Shown here: piece by piece, positions 46,923 to 59,952 of the stretch | How positions within the stretch are numbered: the stretch's first letter is position 1 | Layout of the letters: each line of letters starts with the position of its first letter | NCBI GenBank assembly: GCA_950097015.1 | Contig: CATNEN010000039.1 | Coordinates: 8,866,001-8,930,000, forward strand | DNA: 64,000 nt | From: Macrostomum hystrix | Lineage: Eukaryota > Animalia > Platyhelminthes | Direction of reading: 5' to 3' | Translations under genes and position numbers: made by a program | Notes under the pieces: generated by a model | What the model was told of the DNA's origin: nothing | Seen by the model: only the letters and a program-made list of their open reading frames with translations | Database searches by the model: none

Positions 46923-49900
46923 TCAGAGCCCGAGAAGATTGTCGAGCGAGCCGACCACGTCGCCGAGATTTTCATCCACCCATTCGTCCTGCTCATGATG
47001 CATCAGCGGCGACGGCGTGCTTGGCAGGCCGATCATCAGGCCGTTGAGCGAGCCGTTCAGCTGCTGCTGCTGCTGTTGGCTAGCGCCTCCGTTGTTCAAC
47101 CACCAGCTGGGCGGAGGCAGCGCCATGCCGTGCAGGGTGAGGTCCAGCAGGCTGTCCGGGTTGGACATGTCCAGCGCTGGCGTGGGATCATCGACGCAGC
47201 CGTCGTCCTCCGGTTCGAACAGCCAGCGCTCGTCGTCGCCGATGTCGCCGATGCCGACGAGACCGGCTGGGAGGGCCAGAGCTGCCGAGGCTGCTCCGTT
47301 GTGAACGCTGGCTCCCTGTCTGGCCTCAGTTGATGTTGACGACGATGATGTCAAGCTCAGAGTCGACGATGTCAAAGAAGTTGCGACAGATGTTGAAGAG
47401 GTGGCGGCCGCAGCTGCCGAGGTGGTTGCAGCGACGGAGACGGCAGTGGCGGCTGCAGCAGCGGCGGCCGGCTGTGTGATCAGGGTGGAATCACGGAGCC
47501 GAGTTTCAACGGGGCCACCGCTAAGGGCCATGGTGACCCAGTGACCGCTGGCGTCGGGCTGATCCGCCTCGCCGCCCCGGCCGTCGGCAACGTCGACGCG
47601 CCGCTGCTTAGCGGCGGCGGGTTGGTCGCTTAACAGCGGCGACTCGTGCCTCCGATGACTGCCCAGGTGGAAGCCATCGTCCAGGTGATGCAGAGGCGGC
47701 ATCGGGTGATGCTGATGGTGCTGCCCTGATCGCTGCCGCTTCAACGAGCCGGCACTGGGAGCGGGCGCCTGGAAGCCCTGCGGAGGCTGCAGCAGCAGAG
47801 TCTGCTGTTGAGCATTGGCCTGCTCCAGTTGAACAGCATACTCAGGATTCAGCCGCCAGTAGCCGCTGCAGGCGCCGCCGCCGCCGCCCCGACTGGCGGC
47901 TTCGTCTTTGCGCCGAGGCACCCGTTGGAAGCAGCGATTGAGGGTCAGGTTGTAGCGAACCCCGCTCTGTGGGTAGGCAACGCGCCAGTTGTAGAAGTGC
48001 AAAACGGCAAAAATTCTTAGCTGTACAACTAACTGTACAACTTTCAGGCAGCTTAGAGTGAGAGAACTATTCAGGAATTCATCGGCTTTGAATAGAGTGC
48101 TACACCTGCCCACTGACTAGCTTAGGCACTGCGGGTGGGAGAGAAAAATAAGAAGTCATGAGGAGAGGCAGAGAACGCCCACACGGAACAGCCGCACTGG
48201 GACAGTTGCTGGAAAATCATACAATTAGCAGCCCAGCATCTCACAAGTCGGAGATTTCCGCCATCAACCTACCTAGGCCCAATTTATGGGCAAATTTATA
48301 ACGTATTCAGTATAGGAAAATGTGTAATATGCTGTAGCTGTTGCAATTCGCATTTGCTACTAGTAGGGTGTTAAAGCAAATGAACGGTGGCAATAGTCTA
48401 TAGTGATAAGCGGTTGATAAAGGCATTCTTCAGGCCATGCCTGGCGACTAACTACTAATTGAATCTTACATCACGGAGCAAAAAATAGTTGATTATAGCC
48501 GCTCACCTGCCAGCTCTGGTCGGCGGAGCAACCGTAAAAAGCGAAATGGGCGCCTATCCAATTGCAAATCTCTTGCAGAGTCATCTTAGACTTGCTCAAG
48601 CTCTTCAGAGCCATGTAGATCATTGTGGAGAATGAATAGGGAGGCCGCAGGCTGGGGTCAGCGGCGAACTCCGGGTCAGGCTGCGGCGGAATCGGCGGCG
48701 CTGTCGGCGGCAGCTGGATGAGCGACTGCTGCTGCTGCTGCTGCAGTTGCTGCTCGTGAATGAGAAACTGATGCTGCTGCTGTTGCTGCTGCTGCTGATG
48801 ATGAAGCTGGTAATGCTGAGGAAGCTGCGCCATCATCTGGTGGTTCATGTACTGTGAAGCATTGGCTGTGTGCTGAAAGGCGGGCGAGGATATTGCCCGA
48901 TGCAAGGAAGGCCTGTGAGAGCCATGCAGCCCGTAGCTTTGCTGCTGCTGCTGCTGCTGCTGCTGATGACTCAGCTGAGTATAGAACTGCAAGGAGTCGG
49001 CCACAGTCTGCTCAACCAGGATCACCTCGGAGCCGAGTACGGCCACCGCAGAGGCCGCAGCTGAGGCAGCTTCTGCCGCCGCAGTTGCCGCTGATATTAC
49101 CGACTCGAACGGCGGCCGAGGCGAGGCTGGCGGCGTCGGGGGCGTCAGCTTCATCAGGTTCATGTTCTGGTGGGGGAGGGGCAGACAGGTACACAGCTAT
49201 AGTGATAATAATAATAATAATAAAATAATAATAATAATAGTAATTGCAGGAGGGCTGCAGGCAAAAGTACATTATTTGGTGACACTAGACCCGCAGTCAG
49301 CGAGGAGGCAATTCTGCCCATTTCGCTGACTCCTGAACACACACGCGCACACTGATACCGCAACAGGCCCACTATCTCGCAGTTGTGTACATATGCCCTT
49401 AATTTCTCATCGTCAGGCAGTGTACGCTGCCACTGTGCCTTCGAGGTTGGCCCTCAAGGTCGTAAATTGCACAACAAGCCGACAAGCCTTCTCTGAGCGG
49501 CTGCGCCCCAAATGAATGCGGCCACGCCATCGAGCTCAGGGGCTCTGGTGCAAGTGGCGACCGCGTTAACCGCTCTACCACTGGCCCACCATGTGGACAG
49601 TTGGTAGCGGAGTTTTCAACGGGCTTCAACTTTTAAAGGATAAAAGTGAACGATGAGCAAGCTGCATGCGGGCTCACCTGCAGCCAGCCCAGGTTGGTCA
49701 AGTCGGTGTCATTGCCGCCGCCAGCTACTACTGCGGTGGCTAATTTTCCAACGGACATTGTTGAAAATAGGGCGTCGTGATGTCCGGCTGATGACGGCTG
49801 AGTGGACGCTGACTGCTGCTGCTGCTGAGTATCCCTAATCGCCCAGTTGTGTCTCAACCGTTGAGCTAATTGCTCTCTGCTCATGTTGCCGCTGTTGCCA

Positions 49901-50058
49901 CCGCCACCGCCGCTGCTGCTGTTGCTGATTTGCCGCTGTGGCGGCTTGCCAAACCGCTGGTGCAGATGGGGAGAACCGACCTGCTGCTGCTGCTGCTGCT
50001 GCTGTGGGGCTAGCGACAGCGATCGCCTCAGCAGCAACGGGCTGGAAGCGGCAGTCAT
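46923..50058 (-). CDS. foxj1: Forkhead transcription factor, FoxJ1 class (divergent), about 694 aa
   Basis: Exons 50058-49678, 49166-48507, 47966-46923 (phase 0). FoxJ1 hallmarks: DLTNLGWLQ|NMNLMK, RPPYS..WQ| with the intron inside the forkhead domain, VPRRKDE..YWRLNPEYA, and C-terminal LDLTLHG..PPSWW. Confidence 0.88.
49200..49600 (-). mobile_element. SINE family B in FoxJ1 intron 1
   Basis: Colinear with the other family-B copies; (ATT)n tail close to the acceptor. Confidence 0.8.
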
Positions 50059-50869
50059 GGTCAAATATTAATTATCACCTAGCCCTAATTGATTCACTCT
50101 GAATGTAAACTAAAACAGTTAAGAATGTGATGCGCATTTATACTCGCAGGCGCGGTGCTAATTCTTGACCCGAAAAAGCAGTGAATGAGAGGGGCTCACT
50201 GACGCAGCGACTCGACCTCCCCACCCCAGGCGAGTACAGCTCGCTCGGACTCACACCTGCACCGCTAAGCTGTACACTGGGGCCTAGGTCTCACCAATTG
50301 CAATGGCACAGACAGCTATCTATCTCTCCCTCTCTCTCCCTGTCTCGCTCGCTGTGAAGGAGTTTCAGTGTGCAAGCAGATTGATAGATTGGGTTAAAGG
50401 CGAAGAACTAAATACAGCATACGCAAAACCCACAGCCAGCACAGAAGGAAGGCAACTCTCGGACTGCTCGCCTTTCATTCTTGTCTGGGTGCTGTGCTGC
50501 GCGAGCTATTCGATTATAATAGAATAGAATATTCAACAACAGCCAGACACTGCAAGATACAGACAAGAGTAACGGGCCAATAGAATGAATGCTAAAGGCT
50601 TGCAACCTGATAGCTAACTATGAGCAAAGTTTGTCTTCCATCCTGCGGCATCCACTCCAATGCCTGACCCGGCCAAGCTGTGTAGCTGCCTGCAATTCTT
50701 GTTAAATTAGCTAAAATTCAAGGCTTAAACAGCTGCGCGCGAGGCGTGCTTTTAACACTTCAAGCTATTATATAATGCTGATCGAATGGCAGACCTAAAT
50801 ACCGATAGGAATTTAACTCATTGCTAATTGAATCTTACTCAGAATGACGGCACAAATAGCACAATTATC

Positions 50870-51545
50870 CGGCCGCTCCCTACAATATCCAACCGCTCTT
50901 TACAATACAGTATCGAGCCGCTCTCTACAATATCTAGCCGCTCCCTACAATATCTAGCCGCTCCTTACATTATCTAGCCGCTCCCTACAATATCCAACCG
51001 CTCTTTACAATACAGTATCGAGCCGCTCTCTACAATATCCATCCGCTCCCTACAATATCTAGCCGCTCCTTACATTATCTAGCCGCTCCCTACAATATCT
51101 AGCCGCTCCCTACAATATCTAGCCGCTCCCTACAATATCTAGCCGCTCCTTACAATATCTAGCAGATCCCTACAATATCTAGCCGCTCCCTACAATATCT
51201 AGCCACTCTCTACAATATCCATCCGCTCCCTACAATATCTAGCCGCTCCTTACATTATCTAGCCGCTCCCTACAATATCTAGCCGCTCCCTACAATATCT
51301 AGCCGCTCCCTACAATATCTAGCCGCTCCCTACAATATCTAGCCGCTCCTTACAATATCTAGCAGATCCCTACAATATCTAGCCGCTCCCTACAATATCT
51401 AGCCACTCTCTACAATATCCATCCGCTCCCTACAATATCTAGCCGCTCCTTACATTATCTAGCCGCTCCCTACAATATCTAGCCGCTCCCTACAATATCT
51501 AGCCGCTCCTTACATTATCTAGCCGCCTTCTACATTATCTAGCCG
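50870..51545. repeat. 20-bp minisatellite (TACAATATCTAGCCGCTCCC)
   Basis: Directly visible. Confidence 0.95.
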
Positions 51546-52434
51546 GTCCATATTCGACCTTACTCGAATTCTCTAATTGATCCTTACTTTCTTAATCCTC
51601 TCCCAATGACCATTTCCTACACATGACCAATGACCCTTTCAAAATGGTCACAAAAGGTACCCAACTAGCAACAAAATAAGCGAAAAGCATAGACTGTTTG
51701 GACTTTTATTTTGAGCGCACAATTCTAAGCGCTCGCCAGTGCCATCATTCTGTTTAATGTTTTGCTGGTATCAAAACAATTCTGAAGGCGGGAGAGACTG
51801 CAGACCTCACTGCCGTGCAACCCACCCAATTCTCTAAGGACAAATATATTATTCAGTTAGCATAGCAGCTCGGTTCTCCACTTATGAAACTGCAGAGAAA
51901 AAGTAAATTAAAATAAGCAGAGCAGCAGAGCAGAGCAGAGCCGGTCTTCTTGGTAAAAGCTAGCTTTAGTCGGAGCTCAAGACAGCAAAAACAATGAAAT
52001 AAAGAAATAAGTTACAAGCACTAAGAGATACAGAATATGTTTTGCGTTGCATACCGAAACAGTCTGCTGCACTTAATTGTCTGCAGATCCTAAGGTGTCT
52101 ACTAAGATATTAAGGCTACAGAACCTTGGGTCCACCAGCAAGCAGGTACGCACATACCTACGCTGCTGATTACACTGTTAACACAGAAAGAGTGGAAGCG
52201 GGTGAAGGGGGTGAGAGAGAAGAGAAAGAAAATAGAGAGCTAACAGGTTAAGCAAGTCTTTAATGAGTTTGCCAAAAACGTTTGGAACAAGAGAGCGCTG
52301 AGCTGAACTTTAGCTAGACGACAAGAGCTGCTAATAGAATGGAAGGCTCCAACTGCTTTTTGTAGCAACAGGTGTTCTAAGTAGTTTTGCAAATTATAGT
52401 CTATGTTATATTGACATGGATTAAACAATCCATG

Positions 52435-52530
52435 TCTAACAGGTTAGCACCTGTCTCTAACAGGTTAGCACCTGTCTCTAACAGGTTAGCACCTGTCTCT
52501 AACAGGTTAGCATCTGTCTAACAGGTTAGC
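52435..52530. repeat. 21-bp short array (TAACAGGTTAGCACCTGTCTC)
   Basis: About 4.5 units. Confidence 0.85.
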
Positions 52531-55006
52531 AAACAGTTACCGGACAGAATTGTTCAATTCAACATTCTGGATAAACTATGTGGCTAGGGTAACAAAAGCA
52601 AATAAAAATAAGGATACATTTAAATAGAAGTTAACCATGGGGCAAAAATATCTATGTAGTGTCTGTTCTGCACAAAAAGGTAAGGTTCTGTAGCATTCTT
52701 ATTACAAATTCAGTTTTCGGCAGCAAGAAAAAATTCTCTAAGCATTTGGCACTGTTCAACACAGCAAGGAACGACTTACTACTAAAAGTAGCACATAAAT
52801 GATATGAAGAATATTTGTTTTTTTAACAACAAAATATGAAATAGAAATCAAACATATTTGAAAAATCTACTTACAATAGGTAACATTTGGGACTACGACA
52901 CTAGCTCCTACACTAGTTAAGACCTGAGCAGTCAGTAGCTATACTTGCTTAAAAACAAAACAAATATTGTTGTGAACCATGCAACATGCTATAAAAATAA
53001 TTTATTATCTAAGTTCCTGATTGGACAGTTTGAAATGCAAAATTTATTTTTTACTTTGATAACATTTAAATTTCTTGTTTACATTTTTTTTAAATATACA
53101 AGAGCTTGTCTAATTGGCTTATTCAGTTGTACAATGGGTAATAACTATAATCACAATAACAGTACTAATTGCATTAAATGCATTTGCTAGCCACTAGGGT
53201 AGGCAGCACTTATTACAATATACATCCTTCTATTACTTTACTTAACATTTACATATACAAATAACTAGTCATGTTCAGCTCATTGATTGTATAGTTCTTG
53301 TAAAGTCATGGACTGACTAGGTGCGATAGCTAGAAAATAGAGCATAGGAATTATTATATGTGTTACAGTGTTACAAAAACTGAAATTCCACAATATTTTT
53401 TAGCTACGTTTTCATGAGAAAATGGTATTCTTATCTAGTTTCACTCAACTGTCTTTAGGGTGTTAGCTTTTTAAATCATTTCAAATAAAGCCAATATATA
53501 ACTAGCCAAAACTATGAACCAGATAGTCAACTTTATTAAACCTTAATGTGTCAACTTATGTAAATACTATTGAGAGGTAGCAAATAGGCCTATCACCAAT
53601 TGGCTATATTGTAACATGGCTTATCATTTCACTTCCCTCTCTCTCTGGTAGCATTTATTCTTGGCACAAGCAGTCTCTCTAAAGGCTTTTACTGAAACAA
53701 GTATTCACCAAGTGCTTCCATAGATCAAAGGGTCATAGCCTCAAATAATTGACTAAGCAGTCAACACATAACACAGTTCTGAATTTTAGTACTTAACCAT
53801 AGCTTTATTTGCTTTTTGCTGCACTGGCATGTTGCCCTGTTTAACATAAAGTAAAATCAGTTATAAAAAATCAAATATTTTATATATATTATTATTGAAA
53901 AAAAATGCTAATTTAAACATGAACAATTTTTACCAAATAGATTTTCAAAAGATTAAAATTATAGAGTAAAGCATCCCTTTTAAAAATATAAAACACTTAA
54001 AACGGGAATTGAGCAATTGCATTAACAAGTTTAGTTAAGCCTACTATATGCTATAGGGCCTATGTGAATGTGCAAGGGCTAGCAGCATAGGTGTTTAGCT
54101 TGCATTTATAAAAGCACAACACTAGTGGATGCCTCGAACAAGCATGCTTGTGATACTTAGGACTACCATATTTATTGCTTGATTTATTCTAATTGTTTAA
54201 TCTAAATAACACATGTTTTTTAACGAAATAACATAAATTCACGAAATGTCAAATTTAGTCCTCCTTCTGAATTCATATCTTAAGGCCTGTACTTAAGTTA
54301 AAAGGGAAAGAAATACAAAAACAATCAGAAGGTTAACAGTCGATTAAGAACTAAGCTACTTATAGGCCCTTGCCTATCTAACTAACTGAGTATTTAAAAT
54401 AATAGCTAACCAAGCTTAAAAGACATTAAAAATCGTTTAGTAGTTTTTGTAAAAAAACAGTTGATGATTTTGAGTTGCCAATCAATAGCCGGTTTGCCTT
54501 TGCGACTCGTAACAACAAGAGTGGCTCAAAAATACAACGTAGTATGCAAAAGCATCTCAAGGATACGTAGAGCCTAAGGCAGCCTCCTTAGCAAGGTTCC
54601 GTAGAAAAGAACGTCAAAAGTAAATTTAAGTTCGTCAGTGACTCAATTTTGAAACAGTAAAACAAAGAGCTAAAAACCCATACCGCTGTTTCTTTTGTCG
54701 GTGAAGTTTGTAAAATTAATGCCAAAGAAGGGAAGCTAGAAAAAAAATTTGGTGCAAAACAAAATTGCTTCAGCAATTCAGGCAATGTGCTCATGTCTCA
54801 TGGAATGTGCATAACTCTACTTGTACGGTTCTTCGAGGCGTAGGGCCTAGTAGTCAAAATATACTCAGCTTGTTATATTTAGGAAACTTTCATAACGTTT
54901 TTACTTTCACTGACCCGAAATTCCACAACATGGAAAGTCAAAACCATCCAGCTAAACTTAACAGCACCAAATTTTCGCAACGTTCCCAAATTGTCTTGCA
55001 CCGCAT

Positions 55007-55501
55007 CAGCGGCGTATCTAGGATTTTAAAATGGGGGGGGATAAATTTACAATTTCAACTATCAGAGAAATAAGTCTCATACTGCTGCTAAAAAACTGAA
55101 ATAAGCTTTTGTAGTCCATTTGCAGACAACGATTTCGCAACCTTTTTAATTACTTTGTTATACATTTATGGCAAAAATATGGAGTAATGATTATGAATTT
55201 ATTGACGCTCATTGAAAAATGACTCCGCAGAAAAGGGTATTTGATGAAGGGAAAATAAGAGGGGGGTCCGGGGGGGCTATGCCCCCCGGTGGAAAAATTT
55301 CTGGTGGGTGAAGAGGAAAAGTGATGGGAAAGTTGACTGAAAAAATGAATAATTCAGAACATCATTGTGCCGAATAACGACATTACGACTATGACATTCC
55401 GCCATAACGTTCGTCTTCGACTTTTCGTGGGTTGGTGACACTCTTCGGTCGGCGAAATGGGGGGGATATATCCCCGTATCCCCCCCCTAGATACGCCACT
55501 G
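55007..55501. mobile_element. Non-autonomous hAT element (MITE)
   Basis: TIRs CAG(C/T)GGCGTATCTAGG; perfect 8-bp TSD CACCGCAT at 54999-55006 and 55502-55509. Confidence 0.92.
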
Positions 55502-56748
55502 CACCGCATCACCGAAAAATCCCATGACGAAATTTCATAGCGTCAAAATACAAATTTCTAAAATTTCACGATGTCGGATCGTAATACACCGGTAACCGCT
55601 CTGCCAGTCACCACTTATTCTGCCATTTGCACATTTAAGTTAATAATTTCTGAGCTTTTTAATTAGTACAATTCAAACAGTTTAACAAAGAGTCTTTCAA
55701 ATGATAATGTTTTTATTGACTAAACGCTTCTTTAATATGATTTCTTTTTCGTTTATATAAACGTAAAATTTTAAATTTATGTGTAAACAACTTATAATGC
55801 ACTTTGTAGCATTGCAAAAAATTCAACTATACCAGCTACGTCTGAGAAAACTAGCTAGTTACAAGATACGTCGAACTCATCACTTTAATTTCTTCAGCGA
55901 ATCAAGTAATTAATAATTAAATAATGTCGGATGATTTTCTGACTTCCTTTGAACATTTAGGCCAAAGTTTATGTTTGTTTATGTAAAATAAAGCTATTAA
56001 GTTTTTTTTTATGAAAATATGCAAATATATTTATGTCGTAGCTACTTAATGACATTGTCTCATGTCTGTTACTGTCACTTAAAAACGAATAGTTTTCTCA
56101 CTAAGATAAGTTAATGCTATAGGCCTACCCTTGAAACATTGTTCTAAAAACCTTTAATTTTTCTGTATAATGGCTTAGACCTAATATTTTCTAAGAATGT
56201 GGCCTGCTTCAGCAACAAACAACTTTGATTTTTGCAACAATGCCAACAACCTTTGTAGCAACATTTCACTGTGGTGGCACTATTTTCAGTGACAGTTGTA
56301 GTTTTGCTTATAACTGATTAGGCACTAATTGTTAATTAATATATTACACCTGCCATAATTGGGACAGATTTGCAGCCAACAGCATAGCCGCAGCTAGTTA
56401 TTGCATGGGGTCCCTGGACACTTTGTCATTCAGATGATGATCTGTCCAAAATCTCAGTGGGTGGATGACAAAGTGACTTAGACTTGTGGACACTTAATCA
56501 TCTATAAGACAAAAGTTTTCAAAGTTAAAACATATTTCTGTTCTTAGAACAGAACAGAATGGTACTCTATTCCAACCATTTTTATATTTAAAAATAGTTC
56601 TTTGTTGTATGTCAAATTGCCAATGTTCACAAACAGCAGTTTGCAAAGATAATTATACTTGTGCAACAAATCAATTTGGCATAAAGGCCTGATATAGACT
56701 ATAGCCTAATTGCCTATTATAATACATTATCTACTTATAACTAAACAA

Positions 56749-59276
56749 TAGGGTTGGCAATCTTGGAAATAATTTTGGGGAGTCAGGGATAGGGGAATCA
56801 TAGAAGTTGAGAAACTTGGGGAGTCGGGAAATGGGGGATCGGGGAGCTTTCAGAAGTCAGGGAATCGGGGAGTCATGGATTTGGAGAAGTCAGGGAGTCA
56901 GGGACCTAGAGAAGTCGGGGAGTTGGGACCTAGAAAAGTCGGGGGAGTCAGGGATTTGTGAATATAGGTAAGAAAATAATAACCAAGAGAACTTTGCCAT
57001 TTTGCCATGGAAGTGGAAGAAATGAAGGCACCAGAAGAAATTTTAAACACGAGCAGGAAGATTTAAGCCATTCATTCCGTAAATGGCTTAAAAAGAGCAA
57101 TTTGCTGATTACTCAAGTTCTTAAAATGCAATTTAATTACTTTTGTCTTGAATGCAATTACCTGCACAATAGAGAACTAGAAAAAACATGGTGATAAAGT
57201 TACCAGTGTAAGTATTAACTATTAAAATCAGCACAAGCACAAATAAACAGACAGGTACAATAGGTACAACAGACAGTCTCCCAGTAGTAATTGCAGTCTT
57301 AATGAGGGTCAAAGCATTCAATTCATGAGAGCTTCAGCATCTTTGCCATCATTGTTATGTCCGTTTGCATCATCAGAATCCGATGCCCTTAGGTTCCATT
57401 CTTCATACTCTCTCCTGATAATTAACTGATCATCTTCCTCAGCCCTGAAAAATAAGAAAGTGAATACAGTTAGAAAACATTAAAAAATCCAAGCCGAATT
57501 GTAAAAATAAGACAAGCACCAAAATTTACAAACCTCTCTGTAGCCACAATAGCCGAATACTTTCCTGCCACCAGCAACAGGCAGTTTTCAGCCTTCGTTG
57601 CATGCAGTCTAGATCAAAGCCTGTTGCCATAAATGAGGCTGGCTTAGGAGAAGTCTCTCGCATGAGACACTGGTTGGAGTTGTGGCAAGATATTGCCTTG
57701 CAGCCTTGGCAAGGGTTGGCAGCTTCGATTGGTTGACCTTCCAGAACTCAAAGACAGCTGGTCTTCTTTGGCAGCTTCAATCAGTTGACCTTCCAGAACT
57801 CAAAGACACAGCTGGTCTTCTTTGGGTGCCTATCCCCTTCAATCATCTCAGCCAACTGAGCAAACTCTGTCTTGACACGAGCAGCAAACACTGACTTTGT
57901 GCTGTCAGGGATCAGAACCTTCCTTTGCTTTGCACTTGCAGTTCTTGTGCACCTATCTAGGAGCTGCCACGGATCATCGGCTGACTTGTTGGAGTCAGGT
58001 GCCTCACTGTCATCAGGTTTCCCAACGTCTGCTGATTCCTCAGCAATAAACAGCAGCTCAGCAATGCTGTTTTCAATAGACTCCCACTCTGTCGCATGAA
58101 AATTTGCTGACCTTCTGTAGAGTCTTGGGTTGAAGCAGGCAGCCTCACGCAAAAACTGATTGCTCAAGATGCTTTCCATTTGTGTGTCAAGCTCTGCAAC
58201 GAGAACAATGCCAAACTCCCAAGCCACCCCATTGCGCTCTCCAGTAAGGATCTGCTTGCATATCTCCTTCAGTAGGACAAGAAATGGGATGTATTTGCAC
58301 ACTGTTGCCATGTCCTTGCACATCAGCTTTGTGTACTCCTGAAATGGCTTCAGATACTTAATGACTGCTTGAACTGCATCCAACTCCTGATCAGTGACCA
58401 TGTCAGGAAGAGCCCTCTGTGTCGCTGCCTTCTTCAGATACTTTGCAATTGCCTTGTTTTGTATGAGAAACTCTTGGATTATTTCCAGCGTGCTATTGCA
58501 CTGTGTAGCTACGTCCATGGGAACACTGCATGGTGGCAATTCTTGACCTTCTTGGATCTCCCTCAGCAAGGCCATCGCTTGAGGTGAGTGATGAAAGTGA
58601 CCAGTTATCTTGCAAATTTTGTCAATTGCTGATCCAAGTAGTGGCGACATCTTGCCCATGGAACCCTTGATTGTAAGATGCAGAATGTGCGCAAGGCAAT
58701 TGAATGATATAGCGGTTCGGTTCACAACCAACTCGCCTGCCATCAGCATTGATGACTCGCTGTCATGTACAAATGCCACCAGATTTTTTTTCTGCATTCC
58801 AAACTCATCTAGAATTCCATTGGTCATGATTGCTATGTTCTCGCCTGTGTGCTTCAGCTGATAGCTTGCAGTTGCAGCAATAACTTCATTGTGGCGTTAA
58901 AAGTTGCTGTCAATGAAGTGTACCGTGCATGCAAAAAGAGCAACCTTTCAATATTTTGCCTACCAACTGTCGGCCGTAATGGCAACCTGCAAATCCAGCA
59001 ATTGCAGCTTGAGTTCTTTTTTGATTGCAGTGATTTCGGGCTTTCAAGCCCAATTTTGGGCTTGAAAATTTGGGGAGTCGGGTATCAGGGAATCGGGGAC
59101 CTTTGAGAATTCAGGGAGTCAGGGAATCGGGGACTATGAGAAATTGGGGAGACGGGGATCGGGGAATCGGGGATCTTCAAAGATTTGGGGAGTCAGGGAG
59201 TCGGGGAATTGGGGACCTAAATTTTTGGGGATCCCCGAGTTATTCCCTGATCCCCAATCCCCAACTGCCAACCCTA
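56749..59276 (-). mobile_element. Decayed hAT (Ac/ZBED-like) DNA transposon
   Basis: TIRs TAGGGTTGGCA; TSD ctaaacaa / ctagacaa (7/8); GGGAATCGGGGAGTC subterminal repeats at both ends. Confidence 0.9.
57540..58990 (-). pseudogene. hAT transposase pseudogene
   Basis: VAITADSW*, HTGENIA, FVHDSES, CLAHILHL (CxxH), DVATQCNST (cf. TRWNS) and TSVSCER. It has several stops, an internal duplication and no N-terminus. Confidence 0.88.
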
Positions 59277-59952
59277 CTAGACAATGGGCAGAATGCAAGT
59301 AAAAGTACTTGAAAAGGACTTGAATAGACTATGGATGGAGCAAATAATTTTTAGGCGATATATGTTGACTGTTGTGCTTAGCAGCATACAAAGGAAAAAG
59401 TATAATAATTAAATGCCAATCCTACTCAGAATTAGATGATAATTTTTAATAAGCAAATACTATCTTTGAAATAGGTAAAAAACCAAATATGAATTGAAAA
59501 AAAGAAATTGGATGCATATCAAAAAAGATGTGGTCAGTAATGAAATGTATATCATGAAATCTCATAGAATGTTGCTTTTAATATTATATTTAATCAAGTT
59601 TGAATATTCTATGCTTTAAAGCCAATTGATATTTAATATTATAATTTTATAATTGATATTTAAAAGAATAATACCTTTAACTAAATTTAATTTATAATTT
59701 TGTATTTTTAAATAAAAAAGGAAACATTTAAAGAGCAGAATTAAGAGCAAAAATCTTTATATTGAGCCTCATAATTTGCTATTAACAATCTATACAGTTT
59801 TTTTTTATTGTCCAATTTATTGCACTGCTACAGGTCAGATATCAGCCAAACAGCAGAAGCTAATTATACCGAGGTGCACTCCAGCCTTAACTTGTGACTG
59901 CAATAGTGTTCTCTGTCTCATATAAAAAACTGTTTGCACCAGCACTGCAGCC

